Below are positions 1 through 9,916 of a stretch of 64,000 nt of DNA, piece after piece. Both the position numbers and the translations under genes were made by a program. Positions within the stretch are counted from its first letter, which is position 1. Each line of letters starts with the position of its first letter. The stretch spans positions 5,875 through 69,874 of the forward strand of contig CAZNZQ010000001.1 in the NCBI GenBank assembly GCA_964577675.1. The letters are read 5' to 3'. The notes below the pieces were generated by a model. It ran no database searches and was not told where the DNA came from. It saw only the letters and a program-made list of their open reading frames with translations. The DNA comes from an uncultured Candidatus Saccharibacteria bacterium. Lineage in GTDB: Bacteria > Patescibacteriota > Minisyncoccia > Phycocordibacterales > UBA5272.

Positions 1-773
1 TTCCAAAAGTATTTTCTAATACCGAACTCGCCTACCGTAACGACTTAGCTGCGTGGGCTGAAAAAGCTGGCTATAAAGGCATCATCGCAGAAGGATGGGA
101 CCCAATACTTGGGTGGAGGTCATCGAATTTCGTCTACCAGCCGCACGGCACCTCAAAGATAAAACTTCTTCTTAAGAACTATCGCCTTTCAGATGACATT
201 GCTTTCCGATTCAGTAATAAAGGATGGTCAGAATGGCCACTTACGGCGGATAAGTTCGCCTCATGGGTAAATGCACTTAATGGAAACGCAGAAACTGTCA
301 ACCTCTTTATGGACTATGAGACTTTCGGAGAACATCAATGGGAGGACACCGGCATCTTTGAATTTTTAAAGCATATGCCGAAAGAAATATATAAAAACAA
401 AGATAATGGATTCCTCACACTCTCTGAAACATGTAAGCAATATAAGCCAAAAGATGTTGTCGATATGCCACATATAGTGACTTGGGCAGACACCGAGAGA
501 GACCTCTCGGCCTGGACTGGTAATCACATGCAACAATCATCTCTGGCAGAACTCTACAGAATCGAAGGGCAAATTCTGGCCACTAAAAATAAAAAACTTA
601 TTGATGATTGGCGTAAATTGCAGACATCGGATCACGTTTATTATATGTGCACGAAATGGTTCGCAGACGGCGATGTGCATAAATACTTCTCCCCTTACGA
701 ATCCCCTTATGAGGCGTATATAGCATTCACTAACGCTCTCACCGATCTCAAGCTAAGGGCAAAAATTATATAA
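1..773 (+). CDS. GH57-family glycoside hydrolase (alpha-amylase/4-alpha-glucanotransferase-like), 5'-partial
   Basis: The frame is open from the window edge, so translating from nt 3 gives ...LLLKNYRLSDDIAFRFSNKGWSEWPL...FMDYETFGEHQWE... with no stop until 773. That matches the GH57 C-terminal region pattern. The ORF-track entry 309..773 is only an internal Met. Confidence 0.6.
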   Translation, partial: PKVFSNTELAYRNDLAAWAEKAGYKGIIAEGWDPILGWRSSNFVYQPHGTSKIKLLLKNYRLSDDIAFRFSNKGWSEWPLTADKFASWVNALNGNAETVNLFMDYETFGEHQWEDTGIFEFLKHMPKEIYKNKDNGFLTLSETCKQYKPKDVVDMPHIVTWADTERDLSAWTGNHMQQSSLAELYRIEGQILATKNKKLIDDWRKLQTSDHVYYMCTKWFADGDVHKYFSPYESPYEAYIAFTNALTDLKLRAKII

Positions 774-776
774 ACC

Positions 777-2738
777 ATGTCTCGACCTCTCACCCTATCA
801 AACGGAAACATTTTAGTCGGACTCGATAATCGCGGTTCAGTAACCGACTTCTTTTTCCCGTTTGTTGGTGTAGAGAATCATGTACGAGGTGAACCACATC
901 GCATTGGCGTGTGGCAGCACGGGAAGACATCGTGGCTATCAGATGATGAATGGAATATAGAAATAAACCTTCGTAAAGATACGTACATAGGAGAGGTAAA
1001 ATGCTTCAACAAGAGTACAAACTTAGAAATTCTTTTTACTGACATTGTCTACAACGAAAAAAATATCTTCCTTAGAAAGGCAAAAGTGACTAATCACGGG
1101 GAATCAACTGAGGACATAAAACTATTTTTCCATCAAGTCTTTTCAATCTACGGCACTCCTCAACAAGACACTGCGTACTATGATCCAAACAAAAATGTCT
1201 TGATTCACTACGAAGGGCGCAGAATGTTTCTTATTTATGCCGAAATGAGTGATATTCCTTTTGATGAATACAGTGTTGGTCTCTATGGCATAGAAGGAAG
1301 AGAAGGCACTTATAAAGATGCAGAGGATGGGAGTCTTTCTAAAAACTCTATCGAGCATGGCCACGTTGACTCAGTGTGTGGAGTATCTCTTACCCTTCAC
1401 AAAGGAGAAACTAGGGAGGTTTTCTATTGGATAACTGTTGGGGAGACAAAAGGAGAAGTGTATGAACTTCATGACTACATACACTACAAGAGACCAGACA
1501 GCTTAATAGAAAGTACTGATAAGTTTTGGCATGCTTGGCTCACTCGTCAGGACTACATAACATGCGACGTGAAAGATGAGAGAATGCTCGACCTTTTTAA
1601 GAAGAGTCTCTTTTACATACGCGGTAACATTGATAACCGCGGGGCCATACTCGCCTCCCCTGACTCATCGATGCTACAACACGGACGAGACACCTATAGC
1701 TACATGTGGCCACGTGACGGCGCCATGACCGTAATGGCTTTGCTGGAAGTTGGTGAATACAATATCTCTAAACACTTCTTCAAGTTTTGTAACGACGTTA
1801 TTGAGCCAGATGGATACCTAATGCATAAGTATCTAGCGGACAAATCTCTAGGTAGTTCATGGCACTCTTTTGTTAAAGACGGTGGACCTATTCTTCCTAT
1901 CCAAGAGGATGAGACAGCGCTTGTGCTCGTAGCCCTTTGGCAGTACTACGAAAAAACGAAGGATATCGATTTTATCGAAATGCATTACAATGCAGTAATT
2001 CACAGAATGGCGACATTCTTAAGTGAGTTTATCGACGAGGAGACTGGACTACCTATGCCGAGTTACGATCTGTGGGAGGAGAAGCATGGCGTCTCAACAT
2101 TTACTGCAAGCACTGTATACGCAGGACTTCAAGCTGGGGTTAACTTTGCCAAACTTTTCCAGAAGGAAAGCGACGAGGTACTCTTTACTAAAAAGGCAGA
2201 CGAGGTACGAGAAGCTATCTTAACACATCTCTATGATGAGAAGCGCGGCGCTTTCATAAAACTGCTTAACAAAAAGAATGGCGGGATAATAAAGAATACT
2301 ATTATAGACATGTCGAGTGTATATGGAATTTTTGCTTATGGAGTACTTGATGTTCACGATGAGAGAGTTGTCTCTTCTATAAAGGCAATTGAGGAAAATC
2401 TACGCCTACACACTGGGATTGACGGCGTTCCTCGTTATGAAGGTGATCGCTACTACATGCAAGTAGACGGCACACCAAACCCTTGGTACATCACAACACT
2501 ATGGCTAGCTCAATACTATGCGAAAGCTGCAACCAAGTCAGAAGACCTTGAACAAGTGCGTTATTGGATCAACTGGGTCATAGTACACTCCCCGTTATCA
2601 AAAGTATTATCTGAACAGCTTCACCCTTTCACCGGAGAACAGCTCTCTGCGACACCTCTTACGTGGAGCCATGGAGAGTACGTCCGTACGATTATTGCTT
2701 ATTATGAAGCACTTAAACGTATGGGCCTCTGTGAGTAA
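777..2738 (+). CDS. GH15 glucoamylase / glucodextranase-like (archaeal-type)
   Basis: 653 aa. It has an N-terminal beta-sandwich region plus an (alpha/alpha)6 catalytic region with LASPDSS, YSYMWPRDGAMT and WLAQYY motifs typical of GH15. It starts 4 nt after the GH57 stop, suggesting an operon. Confidence 0.75.
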   Translation: MSRPLTLSNGNILVGLDNRGSVTDFFFPFVGVENHVRGEPHRIGVWQHGKTSWLSDDEWNIEINLRKDTYIGEVKCFNKSTNLEILFTDIVYNEKNIFLRKAKVTNHGESTEDIKLFFHQVFSIYGTPQQDTAYYDPNKNVLIHYEGRRMFLIYAEMSDIPFDEYSVGLYGIEGREGTYKDAEDGSLSKNSIEHGHVDSVCGVSLTLHKGETREVFYWITVGETKGEVYELHDYIHYKRPDSLIESTDKFWHAWLTRQDYITCDVKDERMLDLFKKSLFYIRGNIDNRGAILASPDSSMLQHGRDTYSYMWPRDGAMTVMALLEVGEYNISKHFFKFCNDVIEPDGYLMHKYLADKSLGSSWHSFVKDGGPILPIQEDETALVLVALWQYYEKTKDIDFIEMHYNAVIHRMATFLSEFIDEETGLPMPSYDLWEEKHGVSTFTASTVYAGLQAGVNFAKLFQKESDEVLFTKKADEVREAILTHLYDEKRGAFIKLLNKKNGGIIKNTIIDMSSVYGIFAYGVLDVHDERVVSSIKAIEENLRLHTGIDGVPRYEGDRYYMQVDGTPNPWYITTLWLAQYYAKAATKSEDLEQVRYWINWVIVHSPLSKVLSEQLHPFTGEQLSATPLTWSHGEYVRTIIAYYEALKRMGLCE

Positions 2739-2746
2739 AAATAGCC

Positions 2747-3715
2747 ATGCACAACAACGAACAACTACATCCTCTTCTTCTCTTTAAAGACCAGTTCACA
2801 TTTGAACCGAAGCTTCGTAACGCTGAGGCATTAAAGGCACACCAGAGCTACCTCGTCTGTGGAATGGGTGGTTCTGCTATCTCTGTGCATTTTTTGAAAA
2901 TGCTCTTCCCTATGATCCCACTTTCACTTCATAATTCTTATGGCTTACCAAAAAGTATAAAGCCTGGGACTTTAGTAATAGTGAACTCATATTCTGGAAA
3001 CACAGAAGAAGGGCTCGATAGTTATACAAAAGCCTTAAAGAGTGGATACTCTGTGGTAGCTATCAGCAAAGGAGGTGAGCTTATCCGACTTGCTAAAGAG
3101 GTTGGACACCCTTATATAGAACTCCCAGAATCAGAACTTGAACCACGGTTTGCTATAGGACATCAAATGATAGCAATCCTAACCTGTATCTTAGAAAAAA
3201 GGTATCTCAGGCTGTTGCGAGACGCAGCCACAAAAATAGAACAGCGAAAATGCCTAGATGTCGGGTCAGTCTTAGCATCTCGCTTTTCTGAGAGATACCC
3301 AGTACTCTACTCTTCATCTCTGCTTGGTCCGCTCAGCTATACGATCAAAGCTGCAGTTAATGAAGGCGCCAAGCTCCCCTGCTTTACAAATATCATCCCC
3401 GAAGCGAATCATAACGAGTTACAGGGTTTTGTAGTGGACGACACCAGAAATGAGAGCAAAGTGTTTGGTTTCCTCTTTTTTGTATCTACGTTCGATAACG
3501 AAAGGATAAAAAAGAGAATGAACGCCATGAGAGAGCTTTACTCTTCAAAAGGTTTTACATGTGAAGAAATACTAGTTGACCACTCTTCTCCTTCTTCCCT
3601 GTTAGAGGTTCTGTTCTTGGGGTACGCGTTTGCCACGTCTCTCGCCATTAATAGAAATGTTCATCCGTATACAACCCCTTTTATACAAGAGTTTAAAAAA
3701 ATAATGAACACATAG
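2747..3715 (+). CDS. bifunctional phosphoglucose/phosphomannose isomerase-like SIS-domain protein
   Basis: 322 aa. It has the SIS-domain motif VCGMGGSAIS and NSYSGNTEE, and its size and architecture fit archaeal-type PGI/PMI. It is in an operon with the glucoamylase and glucokinase. Confidence 0.55.
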   Translation: MHNNEQLHPLLLFKDQFTFEPKLRNAEALKAHQSYLVCGMGGSAISVHFLKMLFPMIPLSLHNSYGLPKSIKPGTLVIVNSYSGNTEEGLDSYTKALKSGYSVVAISKGGELIRLAKEVGHPYIELPESELEPRFAIGHQMIAILTCILEKRYLRLLRDAATKIEQRKCLDVGSVLASRFSERYPVLYSSSLLGPLSYTIKAAVNEGAKLPCFTNIIPEANHNELQGFVVDDTRNESKVFGFLFFVSTFDNERIKKRMNAMRELYSSKGFTCEEILVDHSSPSSLLEVLFLGYAFATSLAINRNVHPYTTPFIQEFKKIMNT

Positions 3716-3719
3716 CACT

Positions 3720-4541
3720 ATGTATATACTCATCGATATCGGAGGAACAAAAACACGTGTCGCTTCTACACGGACAGGAGAGAACTTTGGCGAGCCTGAT
3801 GTTTTTAAAACACCTCAAGACTTTAGCGAGTGGCTTGCTCACCTCCATAAAAGCAGTGAGAACCTACGTAATGACAAAAGTCTTGCTGGGATTATTGTAG
3901 GATTACCAGGAACTTTTACGACAGAAGGGGTTATCCTCCGGACCCCCAATCTGCCACACTGGCAAGGAATTCCACTCAAAGAACATTTAGATAAACTCTT
4001 TAGAGCAACTACTGTTATTCATAATGACACCGCTCTTGTCGGACTAGGAGAGGCTGTTTATGGTGCAGGGAAAGGTCACAGCATCAACGCTTATATCACG
4101 ATTAGTACTGGGGTTAATGGCGTGCGTATTATAGACGGCAAGATTGATAGAGGTGTGCATGGTTTTGAGATTGGTCACAGCATCATCGACGTCGAACAAG
4201 GAAGAGACGTGGAGAGTATTATTGGGGGAGGTGCTCTTGAACGACGTTTTGGTAAGCCGTCGCACGAAGTGCAGGATGTTACACTCTGGGAAAAGATAAG
4301 CCGTTACGCAGGGGTATTCTGCGCGAATACGACGATGTACTGGTCCCCGTCCGCGATTATAATTGGCGGACCTGTGATGAACGATCTTCATATAGACATA
4401 ATTGAAAAGGAGGCAAAGAGACATCTCTATATGTACAACGACTACCCCGTATTTGCGCGTGGCACTCTTAAAGATTTCGGTGGACTATACGGCGCTTTAG
4501 TTATCAGTAAAGAGTTGATGACTGTTAACAATTCTGAATAA
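3720..4541 (+). CDS. ROK-family glucokinase
   Basis: 273 aa. The N-terminal LIDIGGTKTRVA is a sugar-kinase phosphate-1 motif, and its length fits ROK/glucokinase. Confidence 0.65.
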   Translation: MYILIDIGGTKTRVASTRTGENFGEPDVFKTPQDFSEWLAHLHKSSENLRNDKSLAGIIVGLPGTFTTEGVILRTPNLPHWQGIPLKEHLDKLFRATTVIHNDTALVGLGEAVYGAGKGHSINAYITISTGVNGVRIIDGKIDRGVHGFEIGHSIIDVEQGRDVESIIGGGALERRFGKPSHEVQDVTLWEKISRYAGVFCANTTMYWSPSAIIIGGPVMNDLHIDIIEKEAKRHLYMYNDYPVFARGTLKDFGGLYGALVISKELMTVNNSE

Positions 4542-4548
4542 GAAAAAC

Positions 4549-4576
4549 AAAAACAGATGCAGGCATCTGTTTTTGT
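4549..4576. terminator. bidirectional rho-independent terminator between convergent genes
   Basis: Perfect inverted repeat AAACAGATG-cagg-CATCTGTTT, flanked by an A-run upstream and TTTTTGTTG downstream. It lies between the + glucokinase and the - FAD oxidase. Confidence 0.7.
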
Positions 4577-4587
4577 TGTAAATATCT

Positions 4588-6279
4588 TTACTTCTTATCT
4601 ACGTGACTCCAAGCAAAATCTCTATCTCCGTGCACCTTCTTCCCTGGGTTGAGGATTCCATCTGGATCAAAAATAGCTTTTGTCTTCTCGAAAAGCTGGA
4701 TGACTTCTGGTGAGAACATTTTAGGTAGATATGATGTTCGTAACAACCCGTCATTGTGCTCTCCAGACATTGAGCCTCTGTACTCAAAAATGAGTGCATA
4801 TACCTCATCCATGAGCTGATGCAAGGCTTCTACTATCCCCTCTTTGTGAATATCAACGAGTGGAATAATATGAAAGTTAGCATCTCCCATGTGACCCGCT
4901 ACTGTATAAATAAGATCTTTGTACTCAGGTTTAGAAAAGATTGCCTCTAATCTTGGAAGAAACTCTGGGAGGTCGCTTGGGTGTACAACAATATCGTCTA
5001 TGGTCGGCGCTGTGCGGAACCCCTGCATGCGTGACCGGAGGAGCGCGAAGCTCTCTCTTCTGAATGTCCAATACTTCTTGGCTTGCTTCTCACTGGTTGT
5101 CTTTTTCATCGGAAGATGAAACTGCTTCATATCTTCATACGCCTTGGTGACTTTTTCATCTACCTCCTCTTCTGTATCTCCGGTGAATTCTGCCATAAGA
5201 ATAATTTTAGGCACCCCACCGGTGAGTACCATTATAAACTCTGGCAAGAACTGAAGTCCGAGGGTGAGCATATTCCCTCCCATGCGAAGAGCGATGTCTT
5301 TGAAGAACTTCATCGCTATCTTAAACGTATGGTCATCGTATGACTCCATTGTCTCTGGTTTATGTTCAAGTAACTTTACTATTATCTCCCCTAAGTGGAC
5401 GGTTGATGGTACGAACATCACCATCATTCTTGAGTGAAGTTTTGGCTTAACCCCCGTAAAGGTAACCGAAGAAACTGCAGCAAGTGTCCCTTGGCTTCCA
5501 GCAATCAGTTTAGAGAGATCGAACACACCAGTTTCTTTATCATAAACATTCCATAGGTAGTACCCGGAGGAATTCTTGGAGACAGTTGGTTTCTCTTTCA
5601 TTATTGTCTCGTAATTAGAGGTAATGAGATCGTACATCTCTTTGTGGATTCTTCCGCCTTCACTCTTTTCTGTCATTTTCTGCGCCAGTTCATCTTCACT
5701 AAAAGCATGAAGTACATCTCTTGCACCACTCGCATAAACAACATCTAGGGCTTGTATGTACTTTTCTGTCTTACCGTAGGTAAGTGTCTTTTCACCCCCA
5801 GAGTTATTGGAAACTATCCCTCCAATGGCTGCGAGCTCACGAGAGGCTGGGTAGCTCGGCATAAGCCAACCTTCTTTTAGTGTCTGCTTTTCAAAGTCGC
5901 GGTAGTAAACACCGGGCTCCGCGGAAGCGTAATCAGGTGTCACCTCAGTGACGTGATTCATATGGCGGGTCGTGTCTACCACGATTGAGGTCGAGAGAGG
6001 TCCTCCCGTCATACATGTTCCAGCAGCACGAAATGCCACACTAACATCTAATCCTTCTTTCTTTTTCTTAGTCACAAAGTCAAGAAGAATACTTATATCT
6101 TGGGCGTCTTTCGGATAAATAACCATCTCTGGTTTAACATAAAAGATGCTTGTGTCTCGTGCAACATGTTCTCTGTCAACATCAAGAAGCGATCCGTCTC
6201 CTTTAATAAGTACTGATAATTCTTTTGCTAATTCTTCGTAGTTGGGAGTTGTCATATAGTACCTTAGAGTGTAGCACAT
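4588..6279 (-). CDS. FAD-linked oxidase (GlcD / D-lactate dehydrogenase-like, FAD_binding_4 + C-terminal oxidase domain)
   Basis: 563 aa with AAIGGIVSNNSGGEKTLTYG typical of FAD_binding_4. The likely true start is MTTPNYEEL at 6255. Confidence 0.65.
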   Translation of the reverse strand: MCYTLRYYMTTPNYEELAKELSVLIKGDGSLLDVDREHVARDTSIFYVKPEMVIYPKDAQDISILLDFVTKKKKEGLDVSVAFRAAGTCMTGGPLSTSIVVDTTRHMNHVTEVTPDYASAEPGVYYRDFEKQTLKEGWLMPSYPASRELAAIGGIVSNNSGGEKTLTYGKTEKYIQALDVVYASGARDVLHAFSEDELAQKMTEKSEGGRIHKEMYDLITSNYETIMKEKPTVSKNSSGYYLWNVYDKETGVFDLSKLIAGSQGTLAAVSSVTFTGVKPKLHSRMMVMFVPSTVHLGEIIVKLLEHKPETMESYDDHTFKIAMKFFKDIALRMGGNMLTLGLQFLPEFIMVLTGGVPKIILMAEFTGDTEEEVDEKVTKAYEDMKQFHLPMKKTTSEKQAKKYWTFRRESFALLRSRMQGFRTAPTIDDIVVHPSDLPEFLPRLEAIFSKPEYKDLIYTVAGHMGDANFHIIPLVDIHKEGIVEALHQLMDEVYALIFEYRGSMSGEHNDGLLRTSYLPKMFSPEVIQLFEKTKAIFDPDGILNPGKKVHGDRDFAWSHVDKK

Positions 6280-6308
6280 ACCTGGAACCAGTTCGGCCGT
6301 GCTGATTA

Positions 6309-8015
6309 CTATGCCGCTGCTTCTAGTTTCTTCTCTATCTCTTGTTCTATTATCTCCAGTCTTTTCTTAAATTTTTTGAGAATAGCCTGTTCTTCTTTTG
6401 TTAACTCTCTTTTACGTTCCGCTTTAACAAGGACATCGTGGAACTCTTCGACATCACGTCTTAGTGCAGCCACGTTAACCTCAAGAGTGTTCTCCACTTC
6501 TTTCAACTTTCTACGGACACCTCTTCTAAAACGATTAAATTGCACGAACGAATACCAGAGCGTCCCTAGTACAGCAAGGACAGCAATAATAATAATCAAG
6601 ATAACTGAGAGCCAGTTCATAACAAAGATACCGAAACGCACGAGCATCATTCTTTCTATTTCTATAACCCTAGTATCTGTATACTCACTTACTGCCCCAC
6701 GACTATCCAGAACCCTTGCTTTCATTTCATAAACACCAGAGGTTAGTTTGTCTCCCCACACCAAACTAAAAACACCTGACTCGTTAGATACTGCTTCTTT
6801 AGTAAACGTCTTACTATTCTTGTCTGTAAGCACCACCTCAACTGTTGACTGCGGGTATGTCGCCCCTACTATTTTAAACGTATTATCAAACTCAACTTTT
6901 CTTGTGTACTCGGTTATAACAGGAGGGGTGATGGCTTGTACTGTATAGTCTAACGAGACACTGCTACTGTTTCCTGCACCATCAATTGCGTTTACTATAA
7001 CTGTATGGTTGCCCGGGGTTTGTTTTGGAAGACGGTATAAGTTCGTAGCATCAATAGGATATTCTATCGCCTGCCCATTATCTATACTTACTGTGATTTT
7101 ACTAATCCCTGACCTAGCATCTTCTGCTTGCACCAAAAGATTTGGGGTTAAGTTGGTGGTGACACTTCCATCAGGGAAAGAAGCTTTTAAGGACTCTGGC
7201 GCTTGTGAGTCTATTTGAAACTTATACGTTGTTACAGAACCCCATCCGCTCCTGGTCTTAAACTGTACATGCATGTAGAAAACACCATCCTCATCTACGG
7301 TAAAAGAACGATTTGAGACTGGAGGGTCGTACACCTTGGTCGGCGTTTCTTTTTCATTCTCTCCATACAAAGTTCTTACCGCGGTGACACCATCAGGTAT
7401 CTTCCATTCAAATGTCGCGTCTCTTCTTGAATACCATTTGGTGCTGTCTTCGTGGGTGGGAGAGGTTATGACCGGCACGAAAGACTCTGTCTTAACTTCT
7501 GGAGCCTCGACTTCGTTAATATAAATAAGCGCAGCCCCTGTTGTCTTTAAAACATCAGTAGCGTTACCATCATTTGCAAGCACCGAACCTTCCTTAATCG
7601 ATAAGGTTACGTTCCCAGCCTGTTTTGCCTTAAACGTTACAGAAAGCACGTTACCCGTTGCTTTATTGAAACCTGGGTTAAGAGCGACCCCCTCTAATGA
7701 AACAGTTCCTTTATCGTTGGAGAAATTAGGCTCTTCTGCCCAGAGGGTTATAAAAGAGCTAGTCTTAGACGTGGAAGTTACCTCTAGTGCATCTTTTGGA
7801 AATGAGAGCAGCGCGGAGACAGCGTTAATAGCGTCGAGATTATTATTAACAATAATATCAACCTTAAATGTCTTCCCTACCGTTGTGGTAACTGAAGAAG
7901 GAGAAAGTACCAGGTTGGCAGCGAAAGCTCCATTTACTAAAAAAGTAAACGCACTAAAAAATATGAGAGTATTACGAATTTTTCTTAAAGTGCTTTTTTG
8001 AAAAAAAGTGAACAT
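6309..8015 (-). CDS. membrane-anchored surface protein with N-terminal cohesin-like domain
   Basis: The signal peptide is MFTFFQKSTLRKIRNTLIFFSAFTFLVNGAFA. A cohesin-like segment follows (TVGKTFKVDIIVNNNLDAINAVSALLSFPKDALEVTS), then Ig-like middle regions. The C-terminus has a TM helix (ILIIIIAVLAVLGTLWY) and a charged coiled-coil tail. The ORF-track start 8066 was replaced by the Met that gives a canonical signal peptide. Confidence 0.5.
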   Translation of the reverse strand: MFTFFQKSTLRKIRNTLIFFSAFTFLVNGAFAANLVLSPSSVTTTVGKTFKVDIIVNNNLDAINAVSALLSFPKDALEVTSTSKTSSFITLWAEEPNFSNDKGTVSLEGVALNPGFNKATGNVLSVTFKAKQAGNVTLSIKEGSVLANDGNATDVLKTTGAALIYINEVEAPEVKTESFVPVITSPTHEDSTKWYSRRDATFEWKIPDGVTAVRTLYGENEKETPTKVYDPPVSNRSFTVDEDGVFYMHVQFKTRSGWGSVTTYKFQIDSQAPESLKASFPDGSVTTNLTPNLLVQAEDARSGISKITVSIDNGQAIEYPIDATNLYRLPKQTPGNHTVIVNAIDGAGNSSSVSLDYTVQAITPPVITEYTRKVEFDNTFKIVGATYPQSTVEVVLTDKNSKTFTKEAVSNESGVFSLVWGDKLTSGVYEMKARVLDSRGAVSEYTDTRVIEIERMMLVRFGIFVMNWLSVILIIIIAVLAVLGTLWYSFVQFNRFRRGVRRKLKEVENTLEVNVAALRRDVEEFHDVLVKAERKRELTKEEQAILKKFKKRLEIIEQEIEKKLEAAA

Positions 8016-8955
8016 GGTTGTGAAGATACACAGAGAAGATATACAACAAACAAAGAAGTAGTACACCCTTAAGTATACGCGAGATTGTGTTGCTTAATTG
8101 TAAGTTTTCAACAGGAGCAATTGTTTTGAAAGCGTATGCGCCATTTGAGTACTCAACCTTCACCTGTGTAAACTTACTTCTATCTTGGTGGAACAAAATA
8201 TACGGTGTCGTTATTTTTTTCCAACGCCTGTCATCCTTATCAGTCACACTTGCTTCAGATGTTTCGATGAGGAAGATATTCTCTATGGCACTCTTAGGTT
8301 CGCCATCATATATTGTGAGGTACCATGCCCCCATATGAATAAGGTCACTCTTTTCAATTGAAGCCTTAAGACTATCTGGCTGTACTTGTTTCACCACCTT
8401 GCCAGGAAGGATAGCGTTCGAAATAAGGCTCGGTACAGATATACTTACATATTGAGGGGTAACAGGGAAAGGGGTAGCTCGCTCATCAAATGAATTAAGA
8501 GAGATATTATCTAAAGAGATGATGCCAATACCTTGTTGGATAGGAAGTAAGATAGCAGTGAAGATGGTTCCCGTGTTTTCTCCAGAATGGTATGCGCTCT
8601 TTACTCCACCGAAACCTCCAGCAAAAATACCCTCAAAGGTAATATGCTCCTTCCCGTCTAGGTATTCTCCTTGCCTCACATTTGGATAAATAAGCCAAGG
8701 AGAAACAACAGACTCATCGACAGAGATTGAGTGCAGTTTAAAAAGCTCTTTCGGGTAAGAGAGTTCTCCTGATATACCGCTCACAATGCCCCCCTCTGGG
8801 TCGAGCATCACTCGGACCATCACCGGGTCACTAGTATTACTAGCCCGCTCAGGCGCGACTATTTCTAGTCTTGCAGCAGAAACAGACATGCATGGCGTCA
8901 ACATGATCCAAATTGCTATGATGCTATTTCTCATATAGTTTCTTTTCATGTTCAT
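7972..8955 (-). CDS. secreted cohesin-like domain protein with C-terminal TM anchor
   Basis: It has a signal peptide and a cohesin-like segment (LEIVAPERASNTSDPVMVRVMLDPEGGIVSGISGELSYPKELFKLHSISV), and ends in a hydrophobic helix plus a basic tail. Confidence 0.4.
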   Translation of the reverse strand: MNMKRNYMRNSIIAIWIMLTPCMSVSAARLEIVAPERASNTSDPVMVRVMLDPEGGIVSGISGELSYPKELFKLHSISVDESVVSPWLIYPNVRQGEYLDGKEHITFEGIFAGGFGGVKSAYHSGENTGTIFTAILLPIQQGIGIISLDNISLNSFDERATPFPVTPQYVSISVPSLISNAILPGKVVKQVQPDSLKASIEKSDLIHMGAWYLTIYDGEPKSAIENIFLIETSEASVTDKDDRRWKKITTPYILFHQDRSKFTQVKVEYSNGAYAFKTIAPVENLQLSNTISRILKGVLLLCLLYIFSVYLHNHVHFFSKKHFKKNS

Positions 8956-8956
8956 T

Positions 8957-9916
8957 TTATCCCGTCCAACAATAAGCGAGAATGCTCAAGTCAGTCAAGT
9001 TTATTTGCCCGTCGACACTAAGATCTACCTTCGCAGGAAATCCGGTGCGCTTATACCAAAAGGCCATAATACTAAAGTCTAGCAGGTTAACCCTGTTGTC
9101 ATTATTTAAATCACACCTCCTGCGGAACCCGCTCAGTTCTGAAAGTTTTGCTCTTAGACGATTAGCATCACCAATCCTAAAATCTATTTCTTGAGAGTAT
9201 GCAGATAGATCATCTACAGTTATAGATCTTGCCTTGGCATAGTGATCTCCAAGCCCTCCTTCCTTTGAGTCAAATACGTACACCCATTTCCCTTCTGCAT
9301 TAGCTCTTACCTGCTTCAGCATCTCCTGTTCAAGCCCGAGCAAAAGACGGACTTCTGCCAAAGGAGCAGAACGTCCAGTAAATGTAACAGGGTCGCCGTA
9401 CTTTACTTCTATCTTATCTGATGTAATCGTAGGCGAAACAAAAATACCATCTATTACAGTCACGACACCATCTGTCACATAAACGCTAAACGTAAGGAGC
9501 TTAGAAGTGAGCCTTTCTACATCCTCTGCCCTAATACCGAAACTATACGTTCCTTGTGTTAAATTGCCAAGACGTATCTCAAATGTCCCGTTCGGAGCAG
9601 CTGGTGATTCTGCGACAATTGAGCCATTTTTTAGAAGAGAGACAACACTACCCGGGTACGCAACACCTCTAAAAATTGCAGCGTCTTTGGTAGTTACTAG
9701 ATTGAGAGGCCCAGGTGCGGGCGGAATCGGGGGGGTGTCTGGGTAGACCAAAGGTGACTGAGGCACAACCGCAGTCACCGTTATGTCTACATACAAAGGA
9801 TTCTGTGTCTGAGCAAAAACCACATCTCTAGCACCTAACAAAAGCACTATTACTGTTAGCGAAGAAAGTGCAGTTCTTATTGCTTTGCTGCAGCGCGAGC
9901 TTGCTCTATGATCCAT
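8957..9916 (-). CDS. secreted protein with C-terminal type-I dockerin domain
   Basis: It has a signal peptide (cleavage VFA-QT). The C-terminus carries two canonical Ca-binding dockerin repeats, DLNNDNRVNLLDFSIMAFWY and DLSVDGQINLTDLSILAYCW. Confidence 0.6.
   Translation of the reverse strand: MDHRASSRCSKAIRTALSSLTVIVLLLGARDVVFAQTQNPLYVDITVTAVVPQSPLVYPDTPPIPPAPGPLNLVTTKDAAIFRGVAYPGSVVSLLKNGSIVAESPAAPNGTFEIRLGNLTQGTYSFGIRAEDVERLTSKLLTFSVYVTDGVVTVIDGIFVSPTITSDKIEVKYGDPVTFTGRSAPLAEVRLLLGLEQEMLKQVRANAEGKWVYVFDSKEGGLGDHYAKARSITVDDLSAYSQEIDFRIGDANRLRAKLSELSGFRRRCDLNNDNRVNLLDFSIMAFWYKRTGFPAKVDLSVDGQINLTDLSILAYCWTG

Noticed and set aside
1143-1364. Many 60-170-aa ORFs antisense to or nested inside confidently assigned genes (for example 1143..1364, 4044..4424, 6376..6732, 13340..13546, 17998..18513, 26292..26618, 50602..51009, 53753..54067)
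   Set aside because: They overlap well-supported CDS on the other strand or frame. They have low-complexity or Ser/Leu/Arg-rich composition typical of antisense artefacts, and no start context.
8016-8066. Extended N-terminus (MYYFFVCCISSLCIFTT) for the 6309 cohesin protein
   Set aside because: The internal Met at 8015 gives a canonical signal peptide with n-region, h-region and AFA cleavage site, and reduces the overlap with the upstream gene.
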